DNA of 64,000 nucleotides. Origin: Mobula hypostoma (lineage: Eukaryota). The stretch is taken from contig NC_086098.1 in assembly GCF_963921235.1 (NCBI RefSeq), positions 154,504,001 to 154,568,000 of the forward strand. The letters run 5' to 3'. Each line of letters starts with the position of its first letter. Within the stretch, counting starts at the first letter, position 1. Below are positions 49,735-62,984 of the stretch, in pieces. The notes beneath the pieces were generated by a model. The model was not told where the DNA came from. It ran no database searches and saw only the letters and a list, made by a program, of their open reading frames with translations. The position numbers and the translations under genes are program-made.

Positions 49735-51300
49735 TTCTATTTACATAAGACCTGAAAACAAAGGAGCAGGATTAGAGAATTCGACACAACGGGTCCGCTC
49801 CGCATTCGATCATCGCTGGTTTGTTTTCTCTCAAACCCATTCTACTGTCTTCTCTCCATAACCTTTGATGTCACTACTAATCAAGAAACTATAAAACGCC
49901 GTTTTAAAAATACCCAAAGACGTTGTCTCCACAGCCTCCTTTGGCAATATATTCCACAGATGCAACACTTTATGGATAAATAAAATCATCATCATCTCTG
50001 TTCTAAAGGACTGTCCTTATATTCAAAGGCTTTTCTCTTAGGTCTAGACTCTCGCACTATAGGGAGCATCCTCCAACTTCCTCTCAATCTAGGTCTTTCA
50101 GTATTCGGTAGGATAAAATGAGATACCCTCTCATTCTTCTGAACTGCAGCGTGTACAGACCCAGGGCCATCAATTGCTCCTCATACCTTAACTCTTTCTT
50201 TGTCGCGATCATTCCTATAAACCTCTTCTGGACCCTCTCCAATGCCAGCACACATTTCTTAGATATGTGCCCAAAACTGGTCACAATACTCTAAATGTGG
50301 TCTGACAAATGCCTTTTGAAACCTTGGCATTGCCTCCTTGCTTTTACATTCCACTCATCTCAAAATGAATACTAACCTTGCTCTTGCCTGCAAGTTAACA
50401 TTTAGGGAATCCTGCACGAGGATTTTCAAATCCCCTTGCACCTCCGACTTCTTAATTCGGTCCTCGTTCAGAAAGAAGTCTATACCTTTATTCCTTCTGC
50501 CATAGTGCACGACCATACTATTTCCTACACTGTATTCCATCTGCCATTTCTCTGCCCATACACCTGATCCGTCAAGATCATTCTGGGGACTCCTACTACC
50601 TCAGCACTGTCTGCTCCTCCACCTATCATTGCATCCTCCAGAAACATGGTCACGAATCCATAAATCCCGTCATCCAGATCATTAACTTTTAGCATGTGAC
50701 GTAGCAGACTCAACACCGATCCTTGCAGAACACCACGCGTCACCGGTGGCCAACCAGAAAAGATTATCTTCACGCTTTTCTCCTGTCAGTCAGACAATGC
50801 TCCATCCATGCTTGTATCTTTGCGGTAATATCATGTGCTCTTAACCTGTTAGGCAGCCTGATGAGTGACTCTTTCTCCATGGTCTTCCAAAAATCCAAGT
50901 AAACAACATTCACTGGCTCTTATTTGTTTATCCTCCCTGGTATTTTCTCAAGGAATATCAGCAGATTTGTCAACAAGTACCAATTGGCCCGAAATTTCGT
51001 CCTTAATAATGGATTCTAGCATCTTGGCAACAACTGACATCAGGGTAATTGGCCCGTAATTTCTTGTCTTTCGCCTCCCTCTCTTCCTAGAATGTGGACT
51101 AATATTTGTGATTTTCCAATCCTCCGGACCCATGGGCCCATTCTTGAAAGATCGTTGCTAATGCCTCCATGATCTATCCAGCTACCGCCTTCAGAATCCT
51201 GGAGTGTAGTCCTTCTAGCTTGGTGACTTATCTAACTTCAGATCTTTCAGCCTCCCAGGCTCCTTCTCCTTCGTCATAGCAACTACTCTCACTTGTGTTT
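49735..51300 (-). mobile_element. CR1 ORF2 remnant in the J-C intron of cluster C
   Basis: NYGPITLMSVVAKMLESII; VTRGVLQGSVL; LALERVQKRFIGMI. Confidence 0.85.
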
Positions 51301-53320
51301 AGTTTCCATTTATGCCTAATTTCGATCTCTGTTTGCTCAACTTGATCTTATCACGTTTACTTTGGCTCCTCTTTTTCTAAACCTATTAATCCATCGAGAT
51401 TCTGGTGCCCCGTTCTAACTTCTCCCAAATTCGTCTTCATCATGATCCCATCCCAGAGCCCACCTCAGCCTCACCAGTTTGTTTGAGCTTCTGCAACGTC
51501 TCAGTGTATGTGTCTCCGCTTTAATATCAAATTGTCACTCGGCCCACCTTTTTGTTTGCATTTCAAAACTCTCCAGTCCCGCAGGCCACTGAGTATTTGC
51601 TTCCTTCTAATTTTTGGATACCCGGTCATTACAGTACTGAGTGATTTCTCGTTGAATAACAACTCTGAGGTCTGAAACACTGGAAAATCACTCTTTAACT
51701 TCTCTGTCTTGTCGCCGCGCTTTCCTTCGAGATGGGACTGTAAAATGATCTCTTTGTAAATTCTGTTCTGTAGACTTGATATCTCATTGTGTGAATGGGT
51801 TCAATTTTTCAAATTTATGAAAAATTATTAGCAAAACCGTGACTCAGATATCCACATCCTTCTGGATTTCATAGACCTCTGAGAGTGGTTATCGGGTTTT
51901 CTTTCACTGTGTATTACCCCGGTCCAAACAACCCTTTCGGAATTAATTGTGGGACTAAAAACTAAAAAATCCAAGTATACAACTTTAACTGGTATTATTT
52001 GTTCCGATTAAAATATTTCCATGATTTTTCGCCATTCCCAATCCTTCCTTTACTGCGGCGAATTGTTGCACCTCCGAGAAGGAGGGACAAAGGCACAGTA
52101 AGTCAATCAAATTCACTGCCTCATCTCTTGATTTTTACGTAAAAATAGCTGCGACGACATTTCGCCACGCGCTCTGCCAAATCTCTTTCGGGGTTTCTTG
52201 TTGGTTCTATGATTCCTGTCTTTACGATTTTAACATCATGGAACATGTCAATAATCTGTCACGATATTAACTATAGGATGATTACATCAGATTGGATCAG
52301 GGTATCGCGGGATGTATAAAGTATATCTTATATATATTGGAGAGTATTTCATGATGAAGCGCAGAACTCTCGGCACTGGCTTGGGTTAACAGCAATGCAC
52401 ACTGGCTGTCAATTCCAAGTAATTCAGTCTCAGAAATTTCTTCTTTCCTCTGAGTGATGCAAGAGTAATTGGATTTCGTGACTCATCTTTCATGTTAACG
52501 TGCATTAGCATTTCGTATTGAATTAATCACTGCAAGGCAAAGCTGGGGTCGGCTGGTCATTCAACGGTATGGTGACATACCCTAAACCTAAACGGGAAAA
52601 CTTGCTACCGTTGAAATCTGTACCTCATATTCTACCTCGGCCTTAGAACAATTGGTTCAACCTCTGAAATCCAAGTCCACAACAGGACACAACAGTTTAA
52701 GAGTAATATTATTTTCTTTGATCTTCAAAGCAAAACTACTCCAGGTTTATCAATGCATGTGTGAATTGTGACTTAAAGCGATCGAAATTTCGGACGAACT
52801 CTCTTCAGCAATCTCGATATATTGAAATTTGGATTAAACATCAGCATGTTTGCCACGGAATTAAACACTGACGTTCATGGGTTTCTTGGCATTCACGATC
52901 TCAGTGCCTGAATTCGCCTTGCAGTGGAAACGGTGGTTCTGAGTTGCAGTTACGATAACGATGCGGGAAGCAATGCAGCCGAATAGATGGGTTCTGTACG
53001 CTATTGTCCAGAAGCCTCTACAATCGGATTTTGTTTTGCCACTCCATCGGAATTTGTTATTTTATTGTTGTGAATTTTGCTGTTATGTAAAAATCCTTCT
53101 CTTTCCTTTACATTGTAGCTACTTCTAATGGCCATGATATTTTTTGGCTTGGATGTCTTTGTGGAAGAACAAAATGCGTTAATGAGATTCAGTTGTGTCC
53201 GCGTTCTCATGCGTTCTGACTTTTAAGATTGTAAAATCACAATTACAAAAAAAAGACGAAGTTTGAATCCAAATTATATCAATTAATAATTCATTTCCCT
53301 GCACTTCTTTCTACTTACAG

Positions 53321-53643
53321 ATCAGCGAAAACCCGCCGTATCCGTCCTCCGACCGTCTGCGGAGGAAATTCAGGGACAGGGCACCGCCACCCTGGTGTGT
53401 TTGGTGAGCGGGTTTAATCCGGCCGCTGTGAATATCGAGTGGATGGCGGACGGCAGTACGAGAAGGAATGGCGTTGAGACCAGCCGGATCCAGCAGGACA
53501 CGGACAACACGTTCAGTGCGAGCAGTTACCTGACTCTGCCGGCCTCAGACTGGAACTCACACGAGCATTACTCCTGCGTGGTTAAACACGAGTCTCAGGC
53601 AAAGCAATTTCAAACAAACATCGTGCGATCCAGCTGTATGTAA
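53321..53643 (+). CDS. IGLC: Constant exon, cluster C (intact, divergent ends)
   Basis: Acceptor ttacag ends at 53320; (N)QRKPAVSVLRPS..ATLVCLVSGFNP..WNSHEHYSCVVKHE..RSSCM*; AATAAA 53673-53678. Confidence 0.95.
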
Positions 53644-54344
53644 TACAATATGTTTATACGCTGATTCTTTAAAATAAAACAAATGAATTTCATGTACAGA
53701 TATTACATTTTCTATTGTAGCTCACAAATTTTTCCATCGGCAGAAAATATGCATTGCGTCCTGCTGAGTATTCTTAAATTGAATTCATTCTGAAATTAAT
53801 AGTTTCAATGTAATTTTATCCCACGGTAATTAAAATCTACCTGATCTACGGTGGCGTTTTGCCTCTTTCAATATGGCCGACAAGAGCATCATTTTTCAAA
53901 AGGTTGCTTAGATAGTGAAGATGATCAAACTTTGGAACTCAATTAAATAAAATAGACAATGTCGTTTTAACATTGTGCTAGTTACTGAGCAGATTTTCTA
54001 CCTGAACTAACCGTAATCACTATGGCTACATCAGGATAAGTGGTGTAATTAATTGTCAGCGAAATTTCCATACATATTAAAAGAAAACTGATATCACCTT
54101 TATTTGAACATCGTAGGCATATTCGATTTCCAATTCCAGCATTGTATTGTTCATGGAAATAGTCTTTCTACAGCTGGTCATATTCAGGGGGACAAGGGCT
54201 TGTGAACCCTGTGTATGCAGCGGTGCAGGAAGAGTAGCACTTAGAGTTCAAACTAATTACATTTTTGCTCAAGTGTTCTTCAGAGCTGCAGTTTTCATTC
54301 TAGGTGATTTCGGCTTGCGGTGCATAACAACCCATATTTCAAAC

Positions 54345-54600
54345 ATATAACCATATAACAATTACAGCACGGGAATAGGCCATCTCGGCCCTTCTAGTCC
54401 ATGCCAAACTCCTATTCTCACCTAATCTCACCGACCTACACTCGGTCCATAACCGTCCATTCCTTTCCAGTCCATTTGTCTATCCAATTAAACATTAAAC
54501 GACAACATCGAACCTGCCTCAACCACTTCTGCTGGAAGCTCGTTCCACACAGCCACCACTCTCTGAGTAAAGAAGTTCCCCCTCATGTTACCCCTAAACA
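54345..54600 (-). mobile_element. CR1 3' tail
   Basis: aaccatataaccatataacaattacagcacggg..ggccatctcggccc reverse tail. Confidence 0.7.
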
Positions 54601-54771
54601 TCTTAAACATTGCAAATGGAATCCAAAGCATTCATCGTAAATACAGTCTGACGGTGGATGATTATCTAAAGCTATTTCGGGTTTCACGTCAGTGAAGCGC
54701 CGAAGATAGCGCAGCGACATTTGTACATCAGTTTGTAGAATTGATATAATCATTTATAGACCAGTGAGCCT

Positions 54772-55937
54772 TACGTCTGTGGTGGGAAAGCTGTTGGAAA
54801 AGATTCTTAGAGATAGGATCTAAGGGCATTTAGAGAATCATGGTCTGATCAGGGACAGTCAGCATGGCTTTGTAATGGGCAGATCGTGTCTCACAAGCCT
54901 GATAGAGTTCTTTGAGGAGGTGACCAGGCATATAAATGAGGGTAGTGCAGTGGATGTGATCTATATGGATTTTAGTAAGGTATTTGACAAGGTTCCACAC
55001 GGTAGGCTTATTCAGCAAGTCAGAAGGCATGAGATCCAGGGAAGTTTGGCCAGGTGGATTCAGAATTGACTGGCTTGCAGAAAGCAGAGGGTCGCGGTGG
55101 AGGGAGTACATTCAGACTGGAGGATTGTGACTAGTGGTGCCCCAAGGATAGGTTCTGGGACCTCTCCTTTTCCTGATTTTTATTAACGACCTGGATGTGG
55201 GGATAGAAGGGTGGGTTGGCAAGTTTGCAGACGACACAAAGGTTGGTGGTGTTGTAGATCGTGTAGAGGATTGTCGAAGATTGCAGAAAGACATTGACAG
55301 GTTGCAGAAGTGGGCCGAGAAGTGGCAGATGAAGTTCAATCCGGAGAAGTGTGAGGTGGCCCATTTTGGAAGGACAAACTCCAAGACAGCGTTCAAAGTA
55401 AATGGCAGGATACTTGGTAGTGCAGAGGAGCAGAGGGATCTGGGGTTACATGTCCACAGATCCCTGAAAGTTGCCTCACAGGTAGATAGGGTAGTTAAGA
55501 AAGCTTATGCGGTGTTAGCCTTCATAAGTCGAGGGATAGAGTTTAATAGTCGCGAGGTAATGATGCAGCTCTATAAAACTCTGGTTAGACCACACTTGGA
55601 GTTCTGTGTCCAGTTCTGGTCGCCTCACTATAGGAAGGATGTGGAAGCATTGGAATGGGTACAGATGAGATTTACCAGGATGCTGCCTGGTTTAGAGAGT
55701 ATGCATTAATGATCAGAGATTAAGGGAGCTAGTGCTTTACTCTTTGGAGAGAAGGAGGATGAGAGGAAACATGACAGAGGTATACAAGATATTAAGAGGA
55801 ATAGATAGCGTGGTCAGCCAGCGTCTCTTCCCCAGGGCACCACTGCTCAATATAAGGGGACATTGCTTTAAGGTAAGAGGTGGGAAGTTCAAGGGGGATA
55901 TTAGAGGGAGGACTTTTACTCAGAGAGTGGCTGGTGC
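54772..55937 (+). mobile_element. CR1 ORF2 RT fragment, cut at its 3' end by gypsy element 2
   Basis: GRSCLTSLIEFFE..DVIYMDFSKVFDKVPH; [25 protein letters not shown]. Confidence 0.92.
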
Positions 55938-58900
55938 TGTCATGGTCCCGTCTGGCAATCCCCCCACCTTGCCATTTGCCTCAAGATTTGGGCCTCGATC
56001 ACCTCATTTAGATTCCAATCATTCCCAGGTATCACTAACAACAGGCACCTGCTTCCCATCAAACGGCAGGATAAAAACCTTGTGACCACAGCAAGAAGCC
56101 GCCAGTTCGTTGGCCGACTGTTGTGAGAGCAAACCTTGTTTCCTATTCCTGAGTACTGTTAGTTCTAAGCTTCGCATCGTCTCCGGATATCGGCTCCCGG
56201 TTCGCGGAGGTGCTGCGCCTAACAACTCTGCCTCAGCATCTGTGTCCTGCACTTGGGGTCGTCCCCAGCCACGTCCTTGCAACAGAACGAACTGGCCAAC
56301 ATGAACCCAGCGGACACGAATCCTCTGCAACAAGCCCTCGCCAGCCTGCGCTCCCTATTGGGCTTGCACGACCAGCTGCTCCGGGAAGTCATGGAAAACC
56401 TCCGTTGCCTATCAGTAGACGTAAGAAAGGTCAGTGAACAGGTCGACCGAGTATCCACCCATCTTACCCCGTCGACTCCGGGAACTCCGTCTGACCAGCC
56501 CAGACAGCCTGTGGTGGCGACGCCCGAGGCGTCAACAACACGTCCGCTAAGAGAGCCGCACGTCCCTGAACCAGAACCCTACGCCGGAGATCTGGGGAAG
56601 TGCCGGGCCTTCCTGCTACAATGCTCCCTGGTGTTCGAGCAGCAGCCATCCACGTACGCCACGGACAGATCTAAAATAACTTACATTATGGGGTTATTAC
56701 GAAGAAATGCCTTAGCGTGGGCCACCGCGATTTGGGATAGTCAGCCAGAGACCTGCTCTTCCTTTCCCACCTTCATCTCAGAATTAAGGAAGATTTTTGA
56801 CCATCCCCTCTGCGGTAAAGATGCCGCTAAGCGGCTACTCACCCTCCATCAAGGCTCACGTAGTGTTGCAGAATACTCCGTGGAGTTCCGGACGCCAGCG
56901 GCCGACTCGGGCTGGAATGATAAGGCACTCCAGGAGGTATTCCGGCAAGGCCTCTGTGACAAGGTAAAGGATGAGTTGGTGGCTAGGGATGACACTAACA
57001 GCCTGGATTCATTGATCTCCCTAGCCACCAGGCTGGACAACCGACTCCGAGAACGACGGAGGGAGAGAACCGGTCGGCCTTTGGCCACCCCATGGCATAC
57101 TTTACCATCTACTCCTCGCCCTAACCTCTCTCCTCCTCCCACTCCTAGAATAGCATCCGGCCTGGCCGTTTCCACCACCCCCGGAGAGGAACCAATGCAG
57201 CTGGGACGGAGCCGTCTTTCTCCCTCTAAGGGGCTCCGGAGATTAAGAGCAGGGGATTGTTTCTACTGCTGTCAGTCTGGCTATTTTCGTGACATCTGTT
57301 CCCTTCGGCCAAAAGGGGAGGGCTCACCAGTAGAAAGGGGGACCCTGGTGAGCCAGACCACATTCCCTTCTGTCCCCCAATCCCGGATGCAAGTCCAAGC
57401 CACTGTAAGCTACAACCAACAGTCCCTGTCCTTGTCTGCCTTGATAGACTCCGGTGCTGAGGGAAATCTGTTGGATGAAGATATAGGAACCCAAGCCGGA
57501 ATTCCTCGAGAGCCGTTGACTACTCCTCTGGAAGCCCAGGCACCGGACGGAAGACTTCTGGCCCGAATCACTCACTGTACCCCACCACCGTCTTTGATTC
57601 TCCCGGGGAACCATCGGGAACAGGTACAATTTAACTTGATCTCTTCCCCTCAAGCCCCAATATGTTTTGTGTACCCATGGTTGAGCCGCCACAACTCTTG
57701 CATTGATTGGTCCACCGGGAGGATAACAAGCTAGAGTCCGTTTTGTCACGCCACCTGTCTGCAGTCGGCCTTTTCACCTGTGAAAACCACCTCGACCTTA
57801 CCTGCAGTTGAACCTCCTGACTTGTCCAGGGTTCCAGCCGGGCACCACGACCTGGGACACGTGTTTAGTAAACAACGCGCCCTTTCCCTGCCTCCACACC
57901 GACCGTACGATTGTGCTACCGACCTTCTCCCCGGAGCTCCTCTGCCCACAAGTCGCCTGTATAACTTGTCCCGGCCAGAGAGGGAAGCAATGGAGGGTTA
58001 CATCAGTGAATCTCTCGCGGCGGGCATCATCCGACCCTCGTCCTCCCCGGCGAGCGCAGGGTTCTTCGTCGCGGGGAAGAAGGATGGTTCCCTACGTCCC
58101 TGCATCGACTACCGAGGCCTAAATCATATAACCATAAAGAACAAGTACCCACTGCCTCTGATAAGTTCTGCGCTCGAACCACTTCACGAAGCCACCATGT
58201 TCTCGAAGTTGGACCTACAAAGCGCCTACCGTCTGGTCCGAATAAGGGAGGGGGACGAGCGGAAGACGGCATTCAATACCCCGTTAGGCCATTTCGCGTA
58301 CTTGGTCAATGCCCCTGCAGTCTTTCAAGCCTTGATTAACGATGTACTAAGAGACTTTCTTAACCGCTTTGTGTTTGTCTATCTGGATGACATCCTAACC
58401 TTTTCCAGCAGTCGCCAGCAACACGTGCTTCATGTCCGTCAAGTCCTGCAGAGACTGGGTGAGAATAAGTTAATCGTAAAGGCGCAAAAGTGCGAATTCC
58501 ACGTCCCCTTGGTCAGCTTTCTAGGTTATATCATCGAGAGCGGTCAGGTGAGAGCTGATCCCGAGAAGATCCGGGCTGTGACGGAGTGGCCCGAACCCAC
58601 GGACCGCAAGCAACTCCAACGGTCCCTGGAGTTTGCGAACTTCTATCGCCGGTTCATCACAAACTACAGTCAGGTGGCGGCTCCTCTGACCCGACTTACC
58701 TCAGCTGCCGCACCTTTCCTTTGGAACTCCGAGGCGGACTCAACATTCGCGGAACTAAAGACGCGCTTCACGTCTGCTCCCGTTCTGATTCAACCGGACC
58801 CCTCCTGTCAATTCATTGTGCAGGTTGACGCCTCCGACTCCGGGGTGGGAGCGGTACTGTCTCAATGTTCGGGAGCGGTACTGTCCCAACGTTCGGGCCG

Positions 58901-61030
58901 GGATCAGAATCTACTTCCCTGTGCCTTCTTCTCTCGCCGATTGTCTCCCGCTGAACGAAATTACGACGTGGGGAACCGGGAGCTACTGGTGGTCAAGCTG
59001 GCGTTAGAAGAATGGAGACACTGGTTGGAGGGGGGGGGGGAGAACACCCGTTCATCGTGTGGATGGACCGTAAGAACCTTGAATATATCCAGACCGCCAA
59101 ACGCCTGAATTCTCGCAAGGCCCGTTGGGCATTATTCTTTGGCCGATTCAGGTTTACCCTCACGTACCGTCCAGGATCCAAGAACAGGAAGCCGGACGCG
59201 CTATCCCGCCAGTATGACTCCAAATGTGACACCACCAGTCCCGGGACTATCCTCCCACCTTCCTGCGTGGTTGCCACCCGCACTTGGGAGATCGAGGCTA
59301 AAGTAAAGGAAGCCCAGCGGGGCGACCCCGACCCGGGCAATGGACCCGGAGATCGCTTGTACTTGCCCGCCTCCGTCAGGTCCCAGGTTCTCCAATGGGG
59401 GCACACATCCCGGTTCGCCTGCCACCTCGGGAGTGATCGGACCCTGGCTCTCCTGAGGAAGTACTTTTGGTGACCGTCCATGGAGGGGGACACCCGTTGT
59501 TATGTCTCAGCTTGTTCCATCTGTGCCCGAGGAAAAGTCTCTCATCGACCACCTGCAGGGCTACTTCGTCTTTTACCTGTCCCTGGTCGCCCCTGGTCAC
59601 ACATCACCTTAGACTTCGTCACCGGTCTACCCCCTTCCCGCGGAAACACCACAGTCCTCACCATGGTAGACCGATTCTCTAAGGCGGTGCACTTTGTAGC
59701 CCTCCCTAAACCACCTTTCACTCAGGAAACCGCAGATCTTCTCGTCCGCCACGTCTTCCGCCTCCACGGAATCCCCGCGGACATCGTCTTCGATCGGGGT
59801 CCCCTGTTTGTCTCGCAAGCATGGAAAGATTTCTGCCAAGCCTTGAGCGCATCGGTCAGCCCGTCATCCGACTTACACCCCCAGACGAACGGGCAGACGG
59901 AACGAGCAAACCAGAACCTGGAGGCGACGCTTCGTTGCGTAACGGCAAACAACACATCGACCTGGAGCGACCACGTTCCGTAGGTTTAGTACGCCCATAA
60001 CTCTCTGGTGAGCTCTGCCACTGGGAGTTCTCCGTTCGAGTGCTCCCTTGGGTACCAACCCCCGCTGTTTCCCGCAAAAGAAGAAGAGATTGCAGTACCA
60101 TCGGTTCAGGACCATATTAATCGGTGCCTTAAGATTTGGGAGGAGACGCGCACGGCCCTACTCAAATCAACAAATCGAAGTAACAAGACAGCCGACCGAC
60201 ATCGCATCCCGGCGCCTGAGTACCGACCTGGGCAGATGGTGTGGCTGGCCTCCGAGGACATCCCGCTCAAGAACGAACATAGAAAACTCGCCCCTCGCTT
60301 CCTGGGACCATTCAAGGTGGAAAGGGTAATCAATCCCACAGTGGTCCGCCTAAAGCTGCGCATCCATGCGCATCCACCCAATCTTTCACGCGTCTCAGTT
60401 CAAGCCAGTATCCATCAGCCCGCTGTGTCCCCCTGCCGAGACTCCCCCACCTGCCCGTATCATCGATAACCATCCGGCATACACCGTCCGACGACTACTA
60501 GATGTGCGCCGTCGGGGCAGGGGTCTCCAGTATCTGGTGGACTGGGAAGGGTACGGTCCAGAAGAGTGTTCCTGGGTACCCCGCCCTTTCATCCTAGACC
60601 CTTCCCTCATCCAGGATTTTCATCGGGACCATCCGGACAGGCCGGGAGGATTGCCTGGAGGCTCCCACTCGGGGGGAGGGGGTACTGTATGGTCCCGTCT
60701 GGCAATCCCCCACCTTGCCATTTGCCTCAAGATTTGGGCCTCGATCACTTCACTTAGATTCCAATCATTCCCAAGTACCACTAAGTACACGCACCAGCTT
60801 CCCATCAAACGGCAGGATAAAAACCCTGCGACCACTGCAAGAAGCCGCCAGTTCGTTGGTCGACTCTCGTGAGAGCAAACCTTGTTTCCTATTCCTGAGA
60901 ACTGTTAGTTGTAAGCTTCCATCGTCTCCTGCATATTGACTCTCCATTCGCGAAGAGGCTACGCCTAACGACTCTGCATCAGCATTTGGGTCCTGCACTT
61001 GGGTTCGTCCCCAGCCACGTCCTTGCAACA
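55938..61030 (+). mobile_element. Sushi-type chromoviral Ty3/gypsy element 2; LTRs 55938-56284 and 60686-61030; no TSD
   Basis: TG..CA LTRs; gag-protease ORF 56301-57734 (PEPYAGD..CRAFLLQC, CFYCCQSGYFRDIC, LIDSGAEGN); RT YLDDIL in 57780-59108; integrase; chromodomain [13 protein letters not shown]; PPT ggggggagggggtac; flanks GGTGC and CTCTC differ. Confidence 0.95.
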
Positions 61031-62930
61031 CTCTCCCCAATCCCCAGTGTTCCTTTCTCACTCTTGCCGATCCAGCAGTGTGCTCCTTCACTTTCTTCCT
61101 TCTTTCTATCTATTACCCTTCCCCCACTCCCCCCCCCCCCATACACACCCACACACACAGACGCCAGTATCACCAAATCCCTGCACCTGGCCCCATGTGT
61201 CCACCAGCACTGCACCTCCACTCATTTAATTCCCCTACCCCCTCCAGCCTTTGCCTCGCTCCTCTATCACACATCCATATACTGGTTATTTGCCCTCTAT
61301 TTTCTTCATACAGAGTTTCGAACAGACACTTCTACCATCCTGTAGCTTCCACAGATGTCGCTTGACCTACTGAGTTTCTATCAGTTTACTCTTTGCTCCC
61401 GATTCCAGTATCAACAGCATCATGGTTTCCAATTAATTATAATGACAATATTGTTAAACTATCGTTCAGAACTATAGGTGTTATTCCCCTGAATTTGGGA
61501 TACATAATTTACGAGAATTAACAGCACTTAATTCCGGCAATTTAAGGAGAGCCAATAATGGCCCAATTCATTTCTTGTGAATGAAGTACACGAACAGTGC
61601 ACGGGGTTAGATTACATGGAGCTGATTCACGCCATTGATGCCTTGAAGATTTTAAAAAGCGGAATTTTACACGACAAAAATTGTATCAGGAACTGCTTGT
61701 AGCGAGTGAACGGATGAGAAGCACGAAATGACAGAACTGTTATCTTTAAACGTGTAACGTGTCACTTGCGAGACCGTTGAGGAATCATTTGCTGTCGTAG
61801 GTTGGTCCAGAAGCGGGTGAAGTGAACATAAAGAACCAACTTCAAGACAAATAATTCATTGGAAGAAGAAGACTGAGGGCACGGATACAAATTCTGGTTC
61901 TGATTGCTGTACAAGTGGCGTTATCGTGCGTTCAGAACACTTTATATAAAAGCCCGCAGATTGTCTTCAATTACAAAAAAAAACTGAGTGGATTGTGAAA
62001 AACATTTGCTATACTGCAGTCACGTTTGTGAACTAGTCGATGGGCAAGATGTACTATCCCTGGAAGTCATACAGTGAAGATTCACTTGAAAATTTCACGT
62101 CTTGAACGGTAAATCAAATCGATTTTAATCTTTTAAATGATGTCATAAATCAATAGATTAGTTTGAAGGGAACTGCTTCAATTTTAAAGGTAATTGGGAA
62201 AACACTCTGGATTTTAAAGCAAGAGGCAAATTAGGCTGCTGGAGTCCGAAAGCAAGCTAGCCAATAATATTACAGAGGATACCGAAGCTTTGCTCAGAAT
62301 CATAAAGTGCGACAGTGTAAATGGATAATGGACAGTTGGAAAATAGTGCTGGAGAGGTAACAATGGGGAACAACAAAACAGAAGACGAACTGAATAAGTA
62401 TTTTGCATCAGTCGGCACTGTGGAAGACACTAGCAGTATGATGGAGGTCAGGGGTCATGAAGTGTGTGAAGTTACTGTAAGGGTTTCTTCTTTCATGTTA
62501 CTTGCTAAGGCTAATAATGTAATGGCTTCTCTGTAGTGTATAACAAAATGGCTACCCTGTACTGTTAACTGATGAGGTAATGTTCTCTATAGCAGCATGT
62601 TTGGGTTATAATTAGTGATAACGGGACTTGTATTCATTTGCTAACCAATTGGGATAGATGTTATTCTTTCTGTCTGTGTGAAAACTGTTAGTTTGTGCGT
62701 GCTTTGGGGAGAGAGCGTGAAGAGAATGAAGAAAGAAGACCTGGTTTGCGGAGACGGTTGCCGGACCCGCTGGGCCTGAGCTTGGAGCGGAAGTCCAGGG
62801 GTCGACGACGAGCGAAGGAGGATCAGTGAAAGGGAATCCGTGAGCTTCAATGTTGTGCACTGGACATGATTATGAGATTATTGACGCCTTTTATTTGATT
62901 TCCTTTTCTTTTGTCTTTCTACTAACCCCA
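61031..62930 (+). repeat. 1.9-kb duplicated block, copy 2
   Basis: Collinear with 42162-44085. Confidence 0.95.
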
Positions 62931-62984
62931 TACTTAAATATAATATCTTAATCGTTTAACAGCACATTGTTGACTGAAACAACA

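Noticed and set aside
56301-59108. Domesticated PEG10/RTL1-like gene
   Set aside because: Flanked by LTRs and PPT, with stops and frameshifts; an ordinary sushi-type retrotransposon.
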